A DNA stretch of 63,468 nucleotides, counting the filler, from Octopus bimaculoides (taxonomy: Eukaryota), in the NCBI RefSeq assembly GCF_001194135.2. It is 6 parts of 6 records of this genome, joined end to end, with 100 filler letters (N's around TTAATTAATTAA, not from the genome) between each part and the next. Parts side by side here need not be neighbours in the genome. Positions count along the whole stretch, not along the records: positions 1 to 23,821 come from NC_069006.1; positions 23,922 to 39,219 come from NC_068999.1; 4 more parts are not named here. One strand, written 5' to 3'. Below the pieces are notes generated by a model. It did not search any database. It had not been told where the DNA came from and saw only the letters and a program-made list of their open reading frames with translations. Numbering within the stretch: the first letter of the stretch is position 1; every line of letters begins with the position of its first letter. A program made the translations under genes and the position numbers. Positions 23,700 to 37,619 of the stretch are shown here, one piece after another.

Positions 23700-23821
23700 C
23701 TGGCGAACCACATGGTTCTGGGTTCAGTCTCACTGCATGGCACCTTGAGTAAGTGTCTTGTACTATAGCCCCGGGTCGAACAAAGCCATGTGAGTGGATT
23801 TGGTTGATGGAAACTGAAAGA
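23700..23821 (+). mobile_element. SINE family A, 5' half
   Basis: gaaccacatggttctgggttcagtctcactgcatggcaccttgagtaagtgtcttg... Confidence 0.85.
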
Positions 23822-24095
23822 NNNNNNNNNNNNNNNNNNNNNNNNNNNNNNNNNNNNNNNNNNNNTTAATTAATTAANNNNNNNNNNNNNNNNNNNNNNN
23901 NNNNNNNNNNNNNNNNNNNNNTTTTTATATATTGGAAGATAACAGCATAATTTGTTGTATAGAAATTTGTTATCTAAATTCACTTTATACTTCAATTGGG
24001 ATACAAATTATTCTTTAAATGGGAAATCAAGTCTGAATTCATAATACAAAATAATAACAATAATAACAACAACAACAACAACAACAACGATAATG

Positions 24096-24126
<31 letters not shown>

Positions 24127-24134
24127 CAGCAACA

Positions 24135-24560
24135 ATGATTAAAATAAACCGAAATACATTTAACACTTTTATAAATGGAGATAATTTCTACCATATACAT
24201 GAAATCACACCTGTCGACTCCATATTCTTACAATGTACCATGGCAAGTGGAACGCACTCTCGTTATCAACAATAGTAATGGGATGAGCCAATCTAACAAC
24301 ACCAACATTAAACGAGGCATCTCTGAGGTGACTCTCTCACTCCTTTACTCCATTTGCATGGCACTGATCCCGCTCTCAAACTCTCAGAATTTATAATTCG
24401 ACATACCATCTGTTTGATATGGACGATCTAAGGCTGTTTCCTACAAATGACGGAGAGTCAGTCGGGATGTTAATTACTGTTAAAAAGTTCAACAATGGCA
24501 TCGGGAGGGACTTTTGCCTTGATAAGTGTGCCAAAGCATTTTCTGTAGTAGACGGGCTAG
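24135..24560 (+). mobile_element. R4/Dong-clade LINE reverse-transcriptase fragment, degenerate
   Basis: NIKRGISEVTLSLLYSICMALIPLS (from IKRGIFQGDSLSPLLF-type motif) and HLFDMDDLRLF...VKKFNNGIGRDFCLDKCAK (YMDD motif region). Confidence 0.88.
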
Positions 24561-24619
24561 GAGTTAGGGGTATATGTACAATTGTAGTAGAGGGAGATGT
24601 AATAAACTCACTATTAAAA

Positions 24620-25970
24620 TTTTGAAAATACATATTATCTCGCGTGAACACAGGAATAACGTTTCTCATCTCTAAGGTTAAGTATGGTATTTTTAGCCGA
24701 AAAAATAAAGAATGCTCCTGTTATAGAGAGAAGACATTATTATTATTGACTTTATAAGATGGCGCAGAAACAATTATATCCCATTTTAGATCAAAATGAA
24801 TATCATTGTCCTTTAATTGCCAGATAAATTTACTTAATCCTGTAGAATTAGATGTCCGTCTATACCTAAAAGTACGCAAGTGGTCTGTGACGCGCTTTTT
24901 TAATTGCATTCTCTATTGAACTTATATAGATAGGCGTAGGAGTGGCTTTGTGGTAAGTAGCTTACTTACCAACAACATAGTTCCGGATTCAGTCCCACTG
25001 CGTGTCACCTTGTGCAAGTGTCTTCCACTAAAGACTCTGGATTTGGTAGACAGGCACAGAAAGAAACTTGTCGTATATATGTATATATATGTATGTGTGT
25101 GTGTATGTTTGTGTGTCTGTGTTTTCCCCCACTTGACAACCAATGCTGGTGTGTTTACGTACCCGTAACTTAGCGCTTCGGGAAAAGAGACCGATATAAT
25201 AAGTACTGGGCTTACTAAGAATAAGTCCTGGGCTCGATTTGCTCGACTAAACCGGTGCTCCAGCATGGCCACAGTCAAATGACTGGAACAAATAAGAGAG
25301 TAAATAAAATCAATTATTATAAGTGTTATTATATGTTTGTGTATTAGATGAGGGAATACTGTTAGTGGTTTTTTGTATCATTTTAAAAAGTTACTTTTGT
25401 TAGGAGATATATCTGCCCAATATCTAAGGTTATTAATGTTAGTGAAGGTTGCACTAAGCTCAGCGACGTTAATCTGTTTCTTATTATGGGCGTTTCGATT
25501 TAAGTAGAATTTATCGAGTTTCCTATTATTTATAGAAGATATAATAGTATAGTTATGGGCTAAGCTAAATCCAATATTAATGTGTTTATTGTTAATTACT
25601 GCATCATAACAATCATGAGTATTACAGTATATGGATAATCTTGAATATTGAATTGATTATATTATTTTTGATTTTTTTTAAACTATAGAATAATGAACCA
25701 AATTCTATTAGATTTATCAGTTTTATCATTAATTATAGGTGTATCATAGTCTAGTTTAGATTGAATATATTTAGTTGTGTTACTGTGTAGATAATTCTTA
25801 TTAAATACTTGATTATCATTATAGTATTCATTATAAATTTATTTGTTACTTTTTATCTTAGGTTTATTTTTTTGATGTAGCAATTGTTACTCCAGTTTTA
25901 TGTTTAGTGATATTAAGATTTATTTCAGTAATCTATCTCTTAATGAGGCTATTTAACCTCTAATTGAATT
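24620..25970 (-). mobile_element. Penelope-like element 3' part (linker plus GIY-YIG endonuclease), interrupted by a SINE
   Basis: KKRVTDHLRTFRYRRTSNSTGLSKFIWQLKDNDIHFDLKWDII is typical of PLE GIY-YIG; upstream NRIWF... and INNKHINIGFSLAHNYTIISSINNRKL resemble the PLE linker (upstream part heavily decayed). Confidence 0.75.
24932..25298 (+). mobile_element. SINE family A, near full length, inserted in the PLE
   Basis: aggcgtaggagtggctttgtggtaagtagc...cagtcaaatgactggaacaaataagag. Confidence 0.92.
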
Positions 25971-26026
25971 TATATGTGTGTGCGTATGTGTATGTGTGTA
26001 TTTTTCTGTGTGTGTGTGTGTGTATA

Positions 26027-26232
26027 CAGGGTTGGCCAAAAGTTATCCCAGAGTAAATAATAATTCTATAAATACTATCTGTAATTCTGTATTCACTCGA
26101 ATGGAATAATGCGTCGCTCAAGAAGGACTTCAGTTTAGATTATTTTATTAAATTTGTTCTGTTGTTAAACCTAAATAAATCTTGGAATTAAAAGGTTTTG
26201 ATTTATTGTCACGTGACCTTTGGCTAAACTTG
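26027..26232. mobile_element. Tc1/mariner-type MITE (~206 bp)
   Basis: (TA)cagggttggccaaaagttatc ... gtgacctttggctaaacttg(TA): degenerate TIRs, TA TSD. Confidence 0.6.
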
Positions 26233-28596
26233 TAAAATACAGACAAATAATGCGCTATGTATATGTATTTATTTATTTATTATTAACCAACGAATATTTC
26301 AGATTTGCTTTTGAACGCGTTCATTGTTCAATTTTATCAATCGATCGATCGATCGACTGGAAATATGGGGAAAGATTTCTGAAGGATATCTTTCTTCGAC
26401 ATAAAACTAAATGAACTGTCACAAAGAGAGGAAATGGAGAACGGAATTTCGTCAGTCTGGCTTTTATATAGATCTAGATCGCCTGTCTCTAGATATCCTT
26501 TACCGCCGGCAAATAATATTGACAATGAGTAAAGAAATTTGACATGCCGTAATCTTGTTATGATAAATTGGAATATCGTTCACTACTGTAATTTTGGAAA
26601 GTTATGTGAAGTCTTTGTAGGCTTCTAGCGCTTACTACTTTCTTTTTGGGAGGTTATATGGAGTCAGTGGTAGGCTTTAGGCATTTACTAACATATCTTA
26701 TGAAAAAATGTACGTCGAGATTAATTGTAAATATACTTACCAAAAGACCACTATGGTATTACTAATTATTTAAAGTTGATGTATCAAAATTTATGTACGC
26801 AATTACCAGTATTCATACACATACTTAACCGATAACAAGAACTTGTTAAAACACTTAATTAGGAATTTGGAATAAATAATCTATAACACGTAATGAACCA
26901 ATGAGATTAAAACTACATGGTATCACATATGCAGCTGCAATAGTAAGAAAATATGTTTCTTGCATTAATTGGTAGATTAAATTACGTAAGTGCTAAGTAA
27001 GGATGATAGACCCTCAAAAAAATTGAATAAAACCAAAGCAAAACAAAAGCAATGAATTAAAAAAGGAAAAAATATCGGAATGGCGACATAAAATGTATTA
27101 AAGAGAAAAGAGTATGTTCTTATCATTTAATCCTTAGAGAAAAAGGGAAAGGAAAAAAAATCTATTATTTAAACAATTAGATAAATTTGTAATTATCATT
27201 TACATTAAATATCACTTTCTTTAAACTATTGGAAAAGGATGGGGTGCGGGTTATATCAAATCCATTTGTTCACATCATTAATTATCGCAAGGATGATCTA
27301 AAGATTTTGTTGTAAAAATGTTTATGCCTTACGGCCAGTTCCAGCCTCTTATTTACTTTATTATAATGGTGTAAGAATTAGCAAATATTATTCTAGTCAA
27401 AGTTCAAATCCAGTTCTCCCTACGCCCTGAGAAAGTGCAATTTTGACCACTTAATATTGTACTTTCTTTCGTTATCTTTAAACTCCCAAATTATTTTGTT
27501 ATATGAAGTCGATCTGACTGTGGTTATATTATTGATATTTCAATGCTCTTACGGAACAATTGACATATTCGTATACTAATTTATTCGTAACATATGAGCA
27601 CACACAAATTAGGTTATACTTACGACTTTTTAATGCAACGGCCTTTCATTAACAACTCTCAAATTACAATTATAATTATGAATAGTGTTATTATTATTGT
27701 TTTGAATATTACTGTTATTGTGGTTGACGCTATGGTTGTTCTCTAGCGTCGGCATTATTGTTGTTGTTTCTCCTGTTTCTGAATCTACGCTTGTTGCTAT
27801 CATTCTTATCATTCCTCATATTCTTATCACTAGTAGTATTAATTCCACCATAATTTCATTCCTACTTATATAGCAATGAACCTTATCCTCATTATAGTAC
27901 TTTCATTATAATCTTTATCACGAATTGGCTTTTTTTACGAGTTCTACTATGTTTATCGATGTTAGTAACGTTTCCGTTATAGAATTTCCATGTTTCGTGT
28001 GACTGGCACTATGATTTTTTTTTATTATTACTGAGTGAGAGAGCAGCGCATACCATGAAAGTGTCACTGGGGCAGAACATACGAAGCGCATTACAAACAT
28101 CATGACTGCCCATGTGATAAGAGTACTTCAGACACATGCACCACACACATATGTGAGCGACATGTAATCACCTAGTGGGATAAACAACATATGACATTGC
28201 AGGTGGGTCCTAGTTAGAATATTTCCTCAGGATAAATAATCCATCTCGATCAAATGGACACTGAATAAGATTTCTTTAAGGACGATGAAAAAAAGTCACA
28301 CATATTTTCCGAGGTGAATTATTGAAGCTTCAAAGAATTTTTCTGAACTCATGGCTATGATGCTCGTCAGCTACTCAGGGATATGCTCAATTTGTGAAAG
28401 CCAAGCAATTGACACGATTTTATATTACTCTTTCGCATTCCATACCGTCTTACTATTTCCACTTTGAATACATGCCTATGATGGTTCCCCTCTACTTCTG
28501 CTCATGCTCTCAGATGCACATTGCGTCAGTCACTAAGTGACATATTACTGGTAAAGGTCAAGTAAATGACAAGCGAATCTGTGGTATTGGGCATTA

Positions 28597-29274
<678 letters not shown>

Positions 29275-30294
29275 ATTTCAAAGTTACTATGCAGTAAGAC
29301 TAAATCTGGTACGTGGTGTTTGGAAGGTTATCTCATATCGTAAAACCAAGCGTATGAGTGCGTGTATGTGTGTGTGTATGTATGTATGTGTGTGTGCATG
29401 TATGTGTGTTTGTGCATATGTGTGTGTGTGTGTGTGGGTGTGTGTGTGTGTGTAGTACAATAAATATCAACACGAATACACTCTTCATATACTCACACAG
29501 ACACACATCCCGCTATGCGGCCGCACTTTGAACACCAATCACAGAAACTTACACTTGAAAAAAAAAAAATATCTGGCATTTTGTCTAACGTCATTTTTTG
29601 GCTGAATCTGGCATTCATGCCTTACTTCTCACCAAGAACTCATCGCCTCCGCTATATAAACACTGAACATTACGCTTGAAACGCCTACTCAGGAATCTCA
29701 ACAAATATTTCCTCTTTTGCTTTCCACTCTGTATTGCTTAAAAAGTAATGAATCTCTTCTGTGTCATATTTCTAAATACCTCGTGTCTAAACATATTTTG
29801 TCAATATATGTATATCTTATCAGTCTGGAAATCTATTCGATACAACTATTTTCCTTTAGTGGACTTCAACTAAATCTGATCTAAATTTCATTTTTGGAGA
29901 ATTTTCCAATTCCGTACAATATTTTAAAGACATCATCAGATTCGTAGACCGTTTACGAGTGTTTATTATTATTTTTGATATAGATATATATTCTGTATTT
30001 TCTCTCTCTATTATATTATATCTTTAAACTAATCCTTTTGGTGGAAGTTTCACACTCTTACATAATTTTGTCACACATCAGCACACATACCTTATTCTCA
30101 CGTGTCTCATTTGCTTGACCAATATTTATTTGTCATCAAACTCACACCTGTTCCCCTTTACCTGTTATTTCACTACTTATTCTGGGATAAGGTAGGCAAA
30201 ATAACAACACACAGGGCTTTAATTTCTGCCATAACACATCAAGACTTGCACACGTCCACACACATATATATGCTTTTATACTCTTGGAACAAGG

Positions 30295-30627
30295 CCCGTA
30301 AGTTTTAGGAAATGGGTCAGTCGATTAGATCGACGCCAGTATGCCACTTGTACTTAATTTATCGACCCGGAAAGGATGAAAGGCAAAGCCGACCTCGGTC
30401 GAATTTGAATTAAATATAATCTTTTCTAGACTAAGCACAAAACCCGAAATATTTGGAGAGTGGGGCAGTCGATTATAACAACCCTAGTGCGCAACTGGTA
30501 CTTAGTCTATCGACCCCGAAAATATGAAAGGCAAAGTCGACCTCACGTGGAATTTGAACTCGGAACGCAAAGACTGACGCTATGCGTTTCGCCCGGAGTG
30601 CTAATGTTTCTGCCAGCTCGCCGCCTT
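30295..30627 (-). mobile_element. Two tandem SINE family B copies
   Basis: Twice atcgacccggaaaggatgaaaggcaaag..cgacctc...gaatttgaa; second copy ends ...gccagctcgccgcctt. Confidence 0.88.
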
Positions 30628-31304
30628 TACGGACATATAAATTGACATACGCACATGCAAGCTACTTCCATTTATTCCCTCTTCCACAAAATTAAACCGT
30701 TGCTATTGAACACATTTACCCTTGGATTCCTTCTGAGCTACCCCAACAGAAGATCAGTCTATTCTTGTTTTCATTATTGTCGGTGTGGTGATTTTTCTCC
30801 GTCTAACTGATTATGCATTTCTCTCTTTCATGTAATTAGGGACTAATATGTGACACGATCATTCACTTTTCCTTTCCATTAAATATTTAAGTAAAACGTG
30901 GTAAGTATACGTTCTTCCTTTCTTAGTTGTTACCATATTATTTACAGTAAGGAAGTAAGTCCTAGAAAGAAATAAAACATATCACAACAGCTCTTGGAAG
31001 GTAGTAATGTGTATCTTAGTGCCTCGTAACAGACTAAAAGGAAGTTTATAGCTCAAAGGTAGAAATTAGGTCGTTGTTTTCATGCCCTCTATATAAATAT
31101 ATGGATGAGTAAAATCATGATCAATCCCTAAGAAAGATTTTGTTGGTGCCTGAATGTATTTCGAATAGACAGAGTGTGGCGTAGATATGAACCAGCGTTT
31201 TAGCGAATTCGACAATAAATCCATTACCATAATATAAACTGTAACCATGAGAAATCAAATGAACTTCAGTCTTGTTTTTCATGTTAATAAATTTTACTTT
31301 CTAG

Positions 31305-31456
31305 AAGAACGAATTTCTTACGAGGACTCAGAGGTCTCTCACTCCAGTGGTGAATATGCTAATTCAACCATAACAGAGACACTAACAGATGCTACTATTC
31401 TGGGACTGGACAGGTATGCCAACTCTAGTGGCAAGGAGAAGTCTCTGCACTCCTGA
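31305..31456 (+). CDS. Candidate coding exon, acidic Ser/Thr/Tyr-rich peptide (internal donor at 31413 or stop at 31456)
   Basis: attttactttctAG|; GC-richer than flanks; one open frame ERISYEDSEVSHSSGEYANSTITETLTDATILGLDR(YANSSGKEKSLHS*); donor CAG|GTATGC at 31413. Confidence 0.45.
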
Positions 31457-32994
31457 AAACCCTGGAAGCAGTGCTCATTACTGGACACTGTCAAATGAAT
31501 TATCCAGGACATACATACATAGACATACACACGTACATATAAAAATATATGCATATATATAAATACGCACATACAAAAATGTCTGCTCGTATATTCATAC
31601 GTATGAATGCATGCTAGTATATGTGTATATAACATTATAAATCATTTTGAAAACAAATTTTATCTGGAAAATTTCATTCCCGTCACTCTATTGATATCAT
31701 AAAATTAAAGCTAGCATTTCATTTTCAAGTTATCACGATTCTCATCCATTTCAGAATCTCATTCTGTACAAACCAAAACAAAAGAAAGAAGAGACGATCA
31801 ATATTTTTTAATTAATATGAAATCTGTATTTATTTATTTATGTTTTTTGCTAATAATTTCAAATGAATTCTAGTCAAAATGAATTAAAATATCTGTAATC
31901 TTATGATCATGATATTGAAGGAGAAGTAATGTGTTAATATATGTAAAATTCATATTTTGACTGTTGCCTGATTTGAGAATAATAGAGAATTATACCCACG
32001 TATATTAATTGAAAAAAATCAGCAAATTAATCTATATTTACAGAATATTTTTTGGATTTTATCACAGTAATGAATATATTATATTATAAAATTTCCAATT
32101 TTCGCTGAGTATATTATTATGCATTTTGGAAACTCATTGTATATCTTGTTACATTACGTTATCTGATGACATCTTACATTGAGAATATTATGTTATATAA
32201 TTCCGTTTATTATTAGATTATATATTCACCGTCAGAGAACGTCTTTTTCTATATAATGTTTCATTGCATGAAACTCTATGGCTTACTGAAAATTTATTTC
32301 GTTGTTAATGTTCTATCACTTTCAAAGATAGCTTTTTATATTCTATTGTTTATACATTCATTAAATACCTCTTAAAATGTTAGTTACAATGAGGTATAAG
32401 AAATATTAGGTGTAGTGTTTTCGTAAAGCCCAATAATAATTAAAACAATATCACATTTATAAGAAATTAAATTATATCTACACACAGCTGAAATTAAACT
32501 GAAGTTATGTTAAATGCGTGTTGCCTTTTTAACAACTTGTTGACAGTGATATATATTCTATAGCAAGTGAAATTTTTCACACAATAGACACAAAAATTAA
32601 TTTCTGAATTACACCATTATGCTTTATTTTTGAAAATATCTAAAAACATGTTATAGAAAATAATATGCAATGTAAAACCGTTATATCGCTTATTGATTTA
32701 TAAAACTTCTCCTGCTGGAAAACGGATTCAAAATTGTTGTTGCTTTCATATAGATACATGTTCTGTTGTAATGATTCAGTCACCTTTTACTAGGTATTTG
32801 TAACCACTGTCACAATGTAATTCCAAACGTTCATATCACTATGCAATCTAGAATTAACATTTCATTTTGCACCACAGAATGTTCTAATTTCTCTTAAAAT
32901 ATTTTACATCAATGCGCATATGCATGTTATTTCATACAGAACTAAAGGTTTCGATAAAGTCAAGGTATTGTTGTACTTATTGAGAATATAATAG

Positions 32995-33075
32995 GAAAGC
33001 TACGAAAATATTTTATCTCCATTTACTCCTATGCTGCCTCCTCAAGTATACAGAAGTACCAGAAAAAGAGTGATG
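32995..33075 (+). CDS. Candidate 81-nt exon
   Basis: aatAG|...ATG|GTAAAT; phase 0 frame ESYENILSPFTPMLPPQVYRSTRKRVM (phase 1 frame also open); acceptor weak. Confidence 0.3.
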
Positions 33076-34680
33076 GTAAATGCTTATTCTTGCGTATAAG
33101 AATTGGCATAGAGTATCTAGGAATGTTTCGGAGACAAGGAATTACTTTTTGTGGAAGTAATCTCTCACCCACTAATCACTTCATTGTTTTACAAATAACA
33201 TAGAAAAGTGGCTGTGAAGAAGATGTGGGCAACGGTTCATAAAAAAATATTGGAAGGTTTGTTGTCAATACTTTTTATGTGAGTTTTGTGTTTCATTGTT
33301 ATGAAGAGATGTGTTATATTCGTAATCTCTGTTCGAATGTGTAACTACGATTGACAGCTCGTCGTGTCCCCTTTGTAAAGAGATCCTATTTAATTCTCAG
33401 TGAGATAAGAGGCTCTTTTACAGGAGTAAATGTTATGTAAAACAAATATCAAAGTAGTTCCGTAGTCAGTGAGGAAGTGATTTTAATAATGTGTGTTGCC
33501 TATTTTAGTGGCAAGAGTCGGAGTTTATGATAATCCATAGTAAGAAACGCAGGATGTGCGTAGGAGACTGTGATTGGAATTTTTAATCTAAGCGCAGTGA
33601 TGTAGCTACCCCTATCTATTCTATGTAAAATGTCGATTACACGTAAAATGTCGATTTCCTTTGGCTTAACAGTTGAAATCTAATTATTCATTTCTTAATA
33701 AACGGCTATATAATAAAAAACACATTAGGGAATGCTTAGCGTTTTTACTGTGAAATGAAATAATGGTGATATTGTGTAAATGAAACTGTGACACTTTTAG
33801 AGATGACTCAGCGAATGTCTTGATATAAATTCAATTCTAAATATAGTGATCTTGCAACGACTGATTATGCCATATATATAAAGTACAATTTCGTGTCTTT
33901 ATATATTCAACAGCGCTGTAGAGTTAAAAGTTTGCCCAATTCGTAATCAAAAGCAAAGACATTTTATTCTTAACTGACCGGACAAACATAATACATTTTA
34001 AAGTGATAAGTTGTAAATCATAGTGGATAATAAGTTGCCAACTAATTTAGAACAGGAACCTGCTGCAGACGAGACCTTGAATGAATGTTGTAATATCGAT
34101 TGAACATTTACTGGAATACTTTTCTGTTGGAAAAAAAAACGAAATTATAGAGTCAACAAATGACGGACACTTATTGATCAATTAAAGACGGTGAAAAACA
34201 TTCGATAACTATTATTAGACTTATGGAGATGTGTATAACAACAACTCAAAATTTTTACTATATAGGTTTGGGGCAAAAGATGCAGACAATTTGTGGGAGA
34301 TTAAATCGTGTACAATGTGGGCATGTCTCTGATTAAGGCTTATACAATATTTAGGCGGACTCCTGTTCAAGAGATTGTTTTTCACATGGTTGCGTTTTTC
34401 ACACTCCAGTTGGTATTCCTCTAAATCAAAACAGCCTGTCATTTTATATGAGTAATAGAAGAAAAGAATGTATTACACGATTTGAAAGACAAACAAAACA
34501 AAATTCAGATAACTATAACATAACGCATTCTAATGTCGTATGAGACAAAATCGTGTATAATGGTCTTGTTATATTGGCAAGATCTCAATCGGATAAGGAG
34601 GCCTTTCCACCTATCAAACGTCGGAAAAAGTAATTTGCTTTCAAGCATGAATTTCACTCTTCAATCTATTACTTTTTCAG

Positions 34681-34748
34681 CATAAAACCAGCCAATGAAG
34701 TACACACTGAAAAAAATATCAACAATTCTAAACTGACAAACTTTACAA
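34681..34748 (+). CDS. Candidate 68-nt exon
   Basis: tctattactttttcAG|...CAA|GTAAGC; one open frame IKPANEVHTEKNINNSKLTNFT. Confidence 0.35.
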
Positions 34749-35038
34749 GTAAGCGAAATAAATATTCTCAGATGGAAATCATAAAAAGTGAAAACTATAC
34801 ATTCACAATTATCTTATAGTCGACATATTCCTTAAGTGACAAAATGTGCCAGATCGTTAGATCGTAAACATCTTTCTATTCATTAGAATTTGGATGACTG
34901 CGCGCGTTGAACGTTTAAAGGAAGATAATCAAACACTACAACATCCCCTGTATGTGAATGTGTTTGCGTGTGCGTGTGTGCGTGTGTGTATGTGCGTGAA
35001 TGTGTGATATCACATGGCGTATGAATATATAATATATG

Positions 35039-35085
<47 letters not shown>

Positions 35086-35089
35086 GCAA

Positions 35090-35630
35090 TAGCACTGACA
35101 TCTCATTTGAACAGATATCTTGACCAAAATTACAACTTGAAATACTGTAGAGTAAATTTTATAAATAAACTCATCTTTGACTTCAACCACAGACTCCAGA
35201 CGTCTCCGGAAACATTTGCAACTCTTCTGGACGTTCTCCTTGTTTATGTTGGTGAATGCTGCCGTAATACTTACCTTCTGTTCATCATTGGTGTTAAATG
35301 GAGTTTTGTTGGCCTTTATGCTCAACCGTACTACTCGGATACAAAACCTAGGTGTTGCAGTCTGACGTCCAGTTAGGTGGCCATAATTTAGCGGTGATGT
35401 GGTCGCAGAAATTTTTCTGACAGCTATGACTGGGTTCTACTGCTTATATGGCATGGTCCAGACTCCTGTTGCCCAACATAGCGTATTCCAGCAACTAACC
35501 TCTTGACCCAGGGTAGCACTAGCTCCCCAAGGCAATTAATGTAAGCATCTGTGTCGTGTTTGAAGCCGTGTGGGAAAATTAATGGGGGCATAAGGTCACC
35601 ATCACTACTAATCACTCCAAGGAAAACTGT
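35090..35630 (-). mobile_element. Tc1/mariner-superfamily (maT/DD37D-like) transposase C-terminal half, degenerate
   Basis: ISSDGDLMPPLIFPHG...YINCLGELVLPWVKRLVAGIRYVGQQESGPCH, SENFCDHIT, ANKTPFNT...KSCKCFRRRLESVVEVKDEFI. Confidence 0.88.
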
Positions 35631-35924
35631 TATTGACTGGATGTTTCAGTTTTATTCCTGTTGAAACCTGTTTTATTCCTGTTGAAAACTTGGAAATCCA
35701 AGTGTTGTTCTGTGTGTTCATCATCATTTCGTATTTGAACTTCTGGTCGAAGTGCCAAGCAGTACAGCATTTCGTTTCAAAATTTCTGGCAGAGGAAATT
35801 CCGTCGTGTTGCTATTTTTTGTCACAGATGGTGCTCAACCAACACCATTACAGTATGCAATCGACAAAGTCGAAGACCCAAAATGTGCATGAGAAAAATT
35901 AAAAATAGAAAAAAAATTACACTA

Positions 35925-36217
35925 GGTGCAACGCAGTGGGACGCATGCTGTTGGGAAACAAGCTTCTCACCGCACACACACACACACACACCCACACCCA
36001 CACACAAACAAGCGATGTTAGGGGGACACACACAGAAACACAAACATATACACAAACACATACATATATACACATATGTGACGGACTTCTTTCTGTTTCC
36101 ATCAACAAAATCCACTCACAAGGCTTGGGCCGGCCCGAGGCTATACTAGAAGACACTTGAACTAGGAACCATGTAGTTCGTAAGTAAGCTACTTACCACA
36201 CAGTCACTACTACGCCT
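35925..36217 (-). mobile_element. SINE family A, rearranged (two head pieces)
   Basis: Head and body at 36010-36217 plus an extra head fragment at 35925-35975. Confidence 0.75.
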
Positions 36218-37619
36218 ATATATGCAAGTCAATTAAAATTAAAATTAAAATTAAAATTAAAACTTTATCTACTAGCTTGCGTTTAGAAACCAAATGACTT
36301 AAACATTANNNNNNNNNNNNNNNNNNNNNNNNNNNNNNNNNNNNNNNNNNNNNNNNNNNNNNNNNNNNNNNNNNNNNNNNNNNNNNNNNNNNNNNNNNNN
36401 NNNNNNNNNNNNNNNNNNNNNNNNNNNNNNNNNNNNNNNNNNNNNNNNNNNNNNNNNNNNNNNNNNNNNNNNNNNNNNNNNNNNNNNNNNNNNNNNNNNN
36501 NNNNNNNNNNNNNNNNNNNNNNNNNNNNNNNNNNNNNNNNNNNNNNNNNNNNNNNNNNNNNNNNNNNNNNNNNNNNNNNNNNNNNNNNNNNNNNNNNNNN
36601 NNNNNNNNNNNNNNNNNNNNNNNNNNNNNNNNNNNNNNNNNNNNNNNNNNNNNNNNNNNNNNNNNNNNNNNNNNNNNNNNNNNNNNNNNNNNNNNNNNNN
36701 NNNNNNNNNNNNNNNNNNNNNNNNNNNNNNNNNNNNNNNNNNNNNNNNNNNNNNNNNNNNNNNNNNNNNNNNNNNNNNNNNNNNNNNNNNNNNNNNNNNN
36801 NNNNNNNNNNNNNNNNNNNNNNNNNNNNNNNNNNNNNNNNNNNNNNNNNNNNNNNNNNNNNNNNNNNNNNNNNNNNNNNNNNNNNNNNNNNNNNNNNNNN
36901 NNNNNNNNNNNNNNNNNNNNNNNNNNNNNNNNNNNNNNNNNNNNNNNNNNNNNNNNNNNNNNNNNNNNNNNNNNNNNNNNNNNNNNNNNNNNNNNNNNNN
37001 NNNNNNNNNNNNNNNNNNNNNNNNNNNNNNNNNNNNNNNNNNNNNNNNNNNNNNNNNNNNNNNNNNNNNNNNNNNNNNNNNNNNNNNNNNNNNNNNNNNN
37101 NNNNNNNNNNNNNNNNNNNNNNNNNNNCTGTGTATATGTGTGTATGTATATATATGACTACACACACAGTCACACACCCAAGCACACACGCACGGAGTCA
37201 CACACACACACATACACACACACACACACACACGCCCATGCATACACAGCTGATTGGTTGTTCATTTTATAACTCTAATTAGTTAACTAATTAGTTGCTC
37301 AATTTCTATCTATTTCCTTCAAATAGACAGATAATAGTTATATATTCAAACTTAGATGTATAAATCGATCTCAGTTTCTCATATTTATGTATATCCACAC
37401 ATATATCTATGCAATTCATACACCATTTCCTTTATCCTTTCGCTGTCTGTCTTTACATGGTTGTATCAATAGAAATTTACACAATATCTCTCCTTTATTT
37501 CTGTATTTCTCGACTTAACTGTTTCTAAATATATATAGTGCGAAATGGCCGATAATCACACTATAGCTGTCTGGAAACTGGGCGCCTTCTGAATTAAAAT
37601 TGTGCTTGGGACCATGTCC

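Noticed and set aside
25300-25970. Very AT-rich block that first resembled a mitochondrial insertion (NUMT)
   Set aside because: No mitochondrial gene motif found; the minus-strand translation instead continues the Penelope-like fragment at 24620-24920.
27630-27830. Minus-strand Asn/Thr-rich ORF
   Set aside because: Decayed (ATT/GTT)n microsatellite.
28060-28165. Cys/His-rich frame CHWGRTYEAHYKHHDCPCDKSTSDTCTTHIC
   Set aside because: No polypyrimidine acceptor, a stop immediately upstream, spacing matches no domain, and CA/TG-rich DNA inflates C/H/T.
35649-35688. Short tandem duplication gttttattcctgttgaaa(c) x2 (similar 18-bp one at ~4987-5020)
   Set aside because: Ordinary slippage or repair duplications at TE edges.
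37275-37294. Perfect 20-bp palindrome ctaattagttaactaattag
   Set aside because: Short, AT-only-rich and explicable by local duplication of taattagt; no supporting context.
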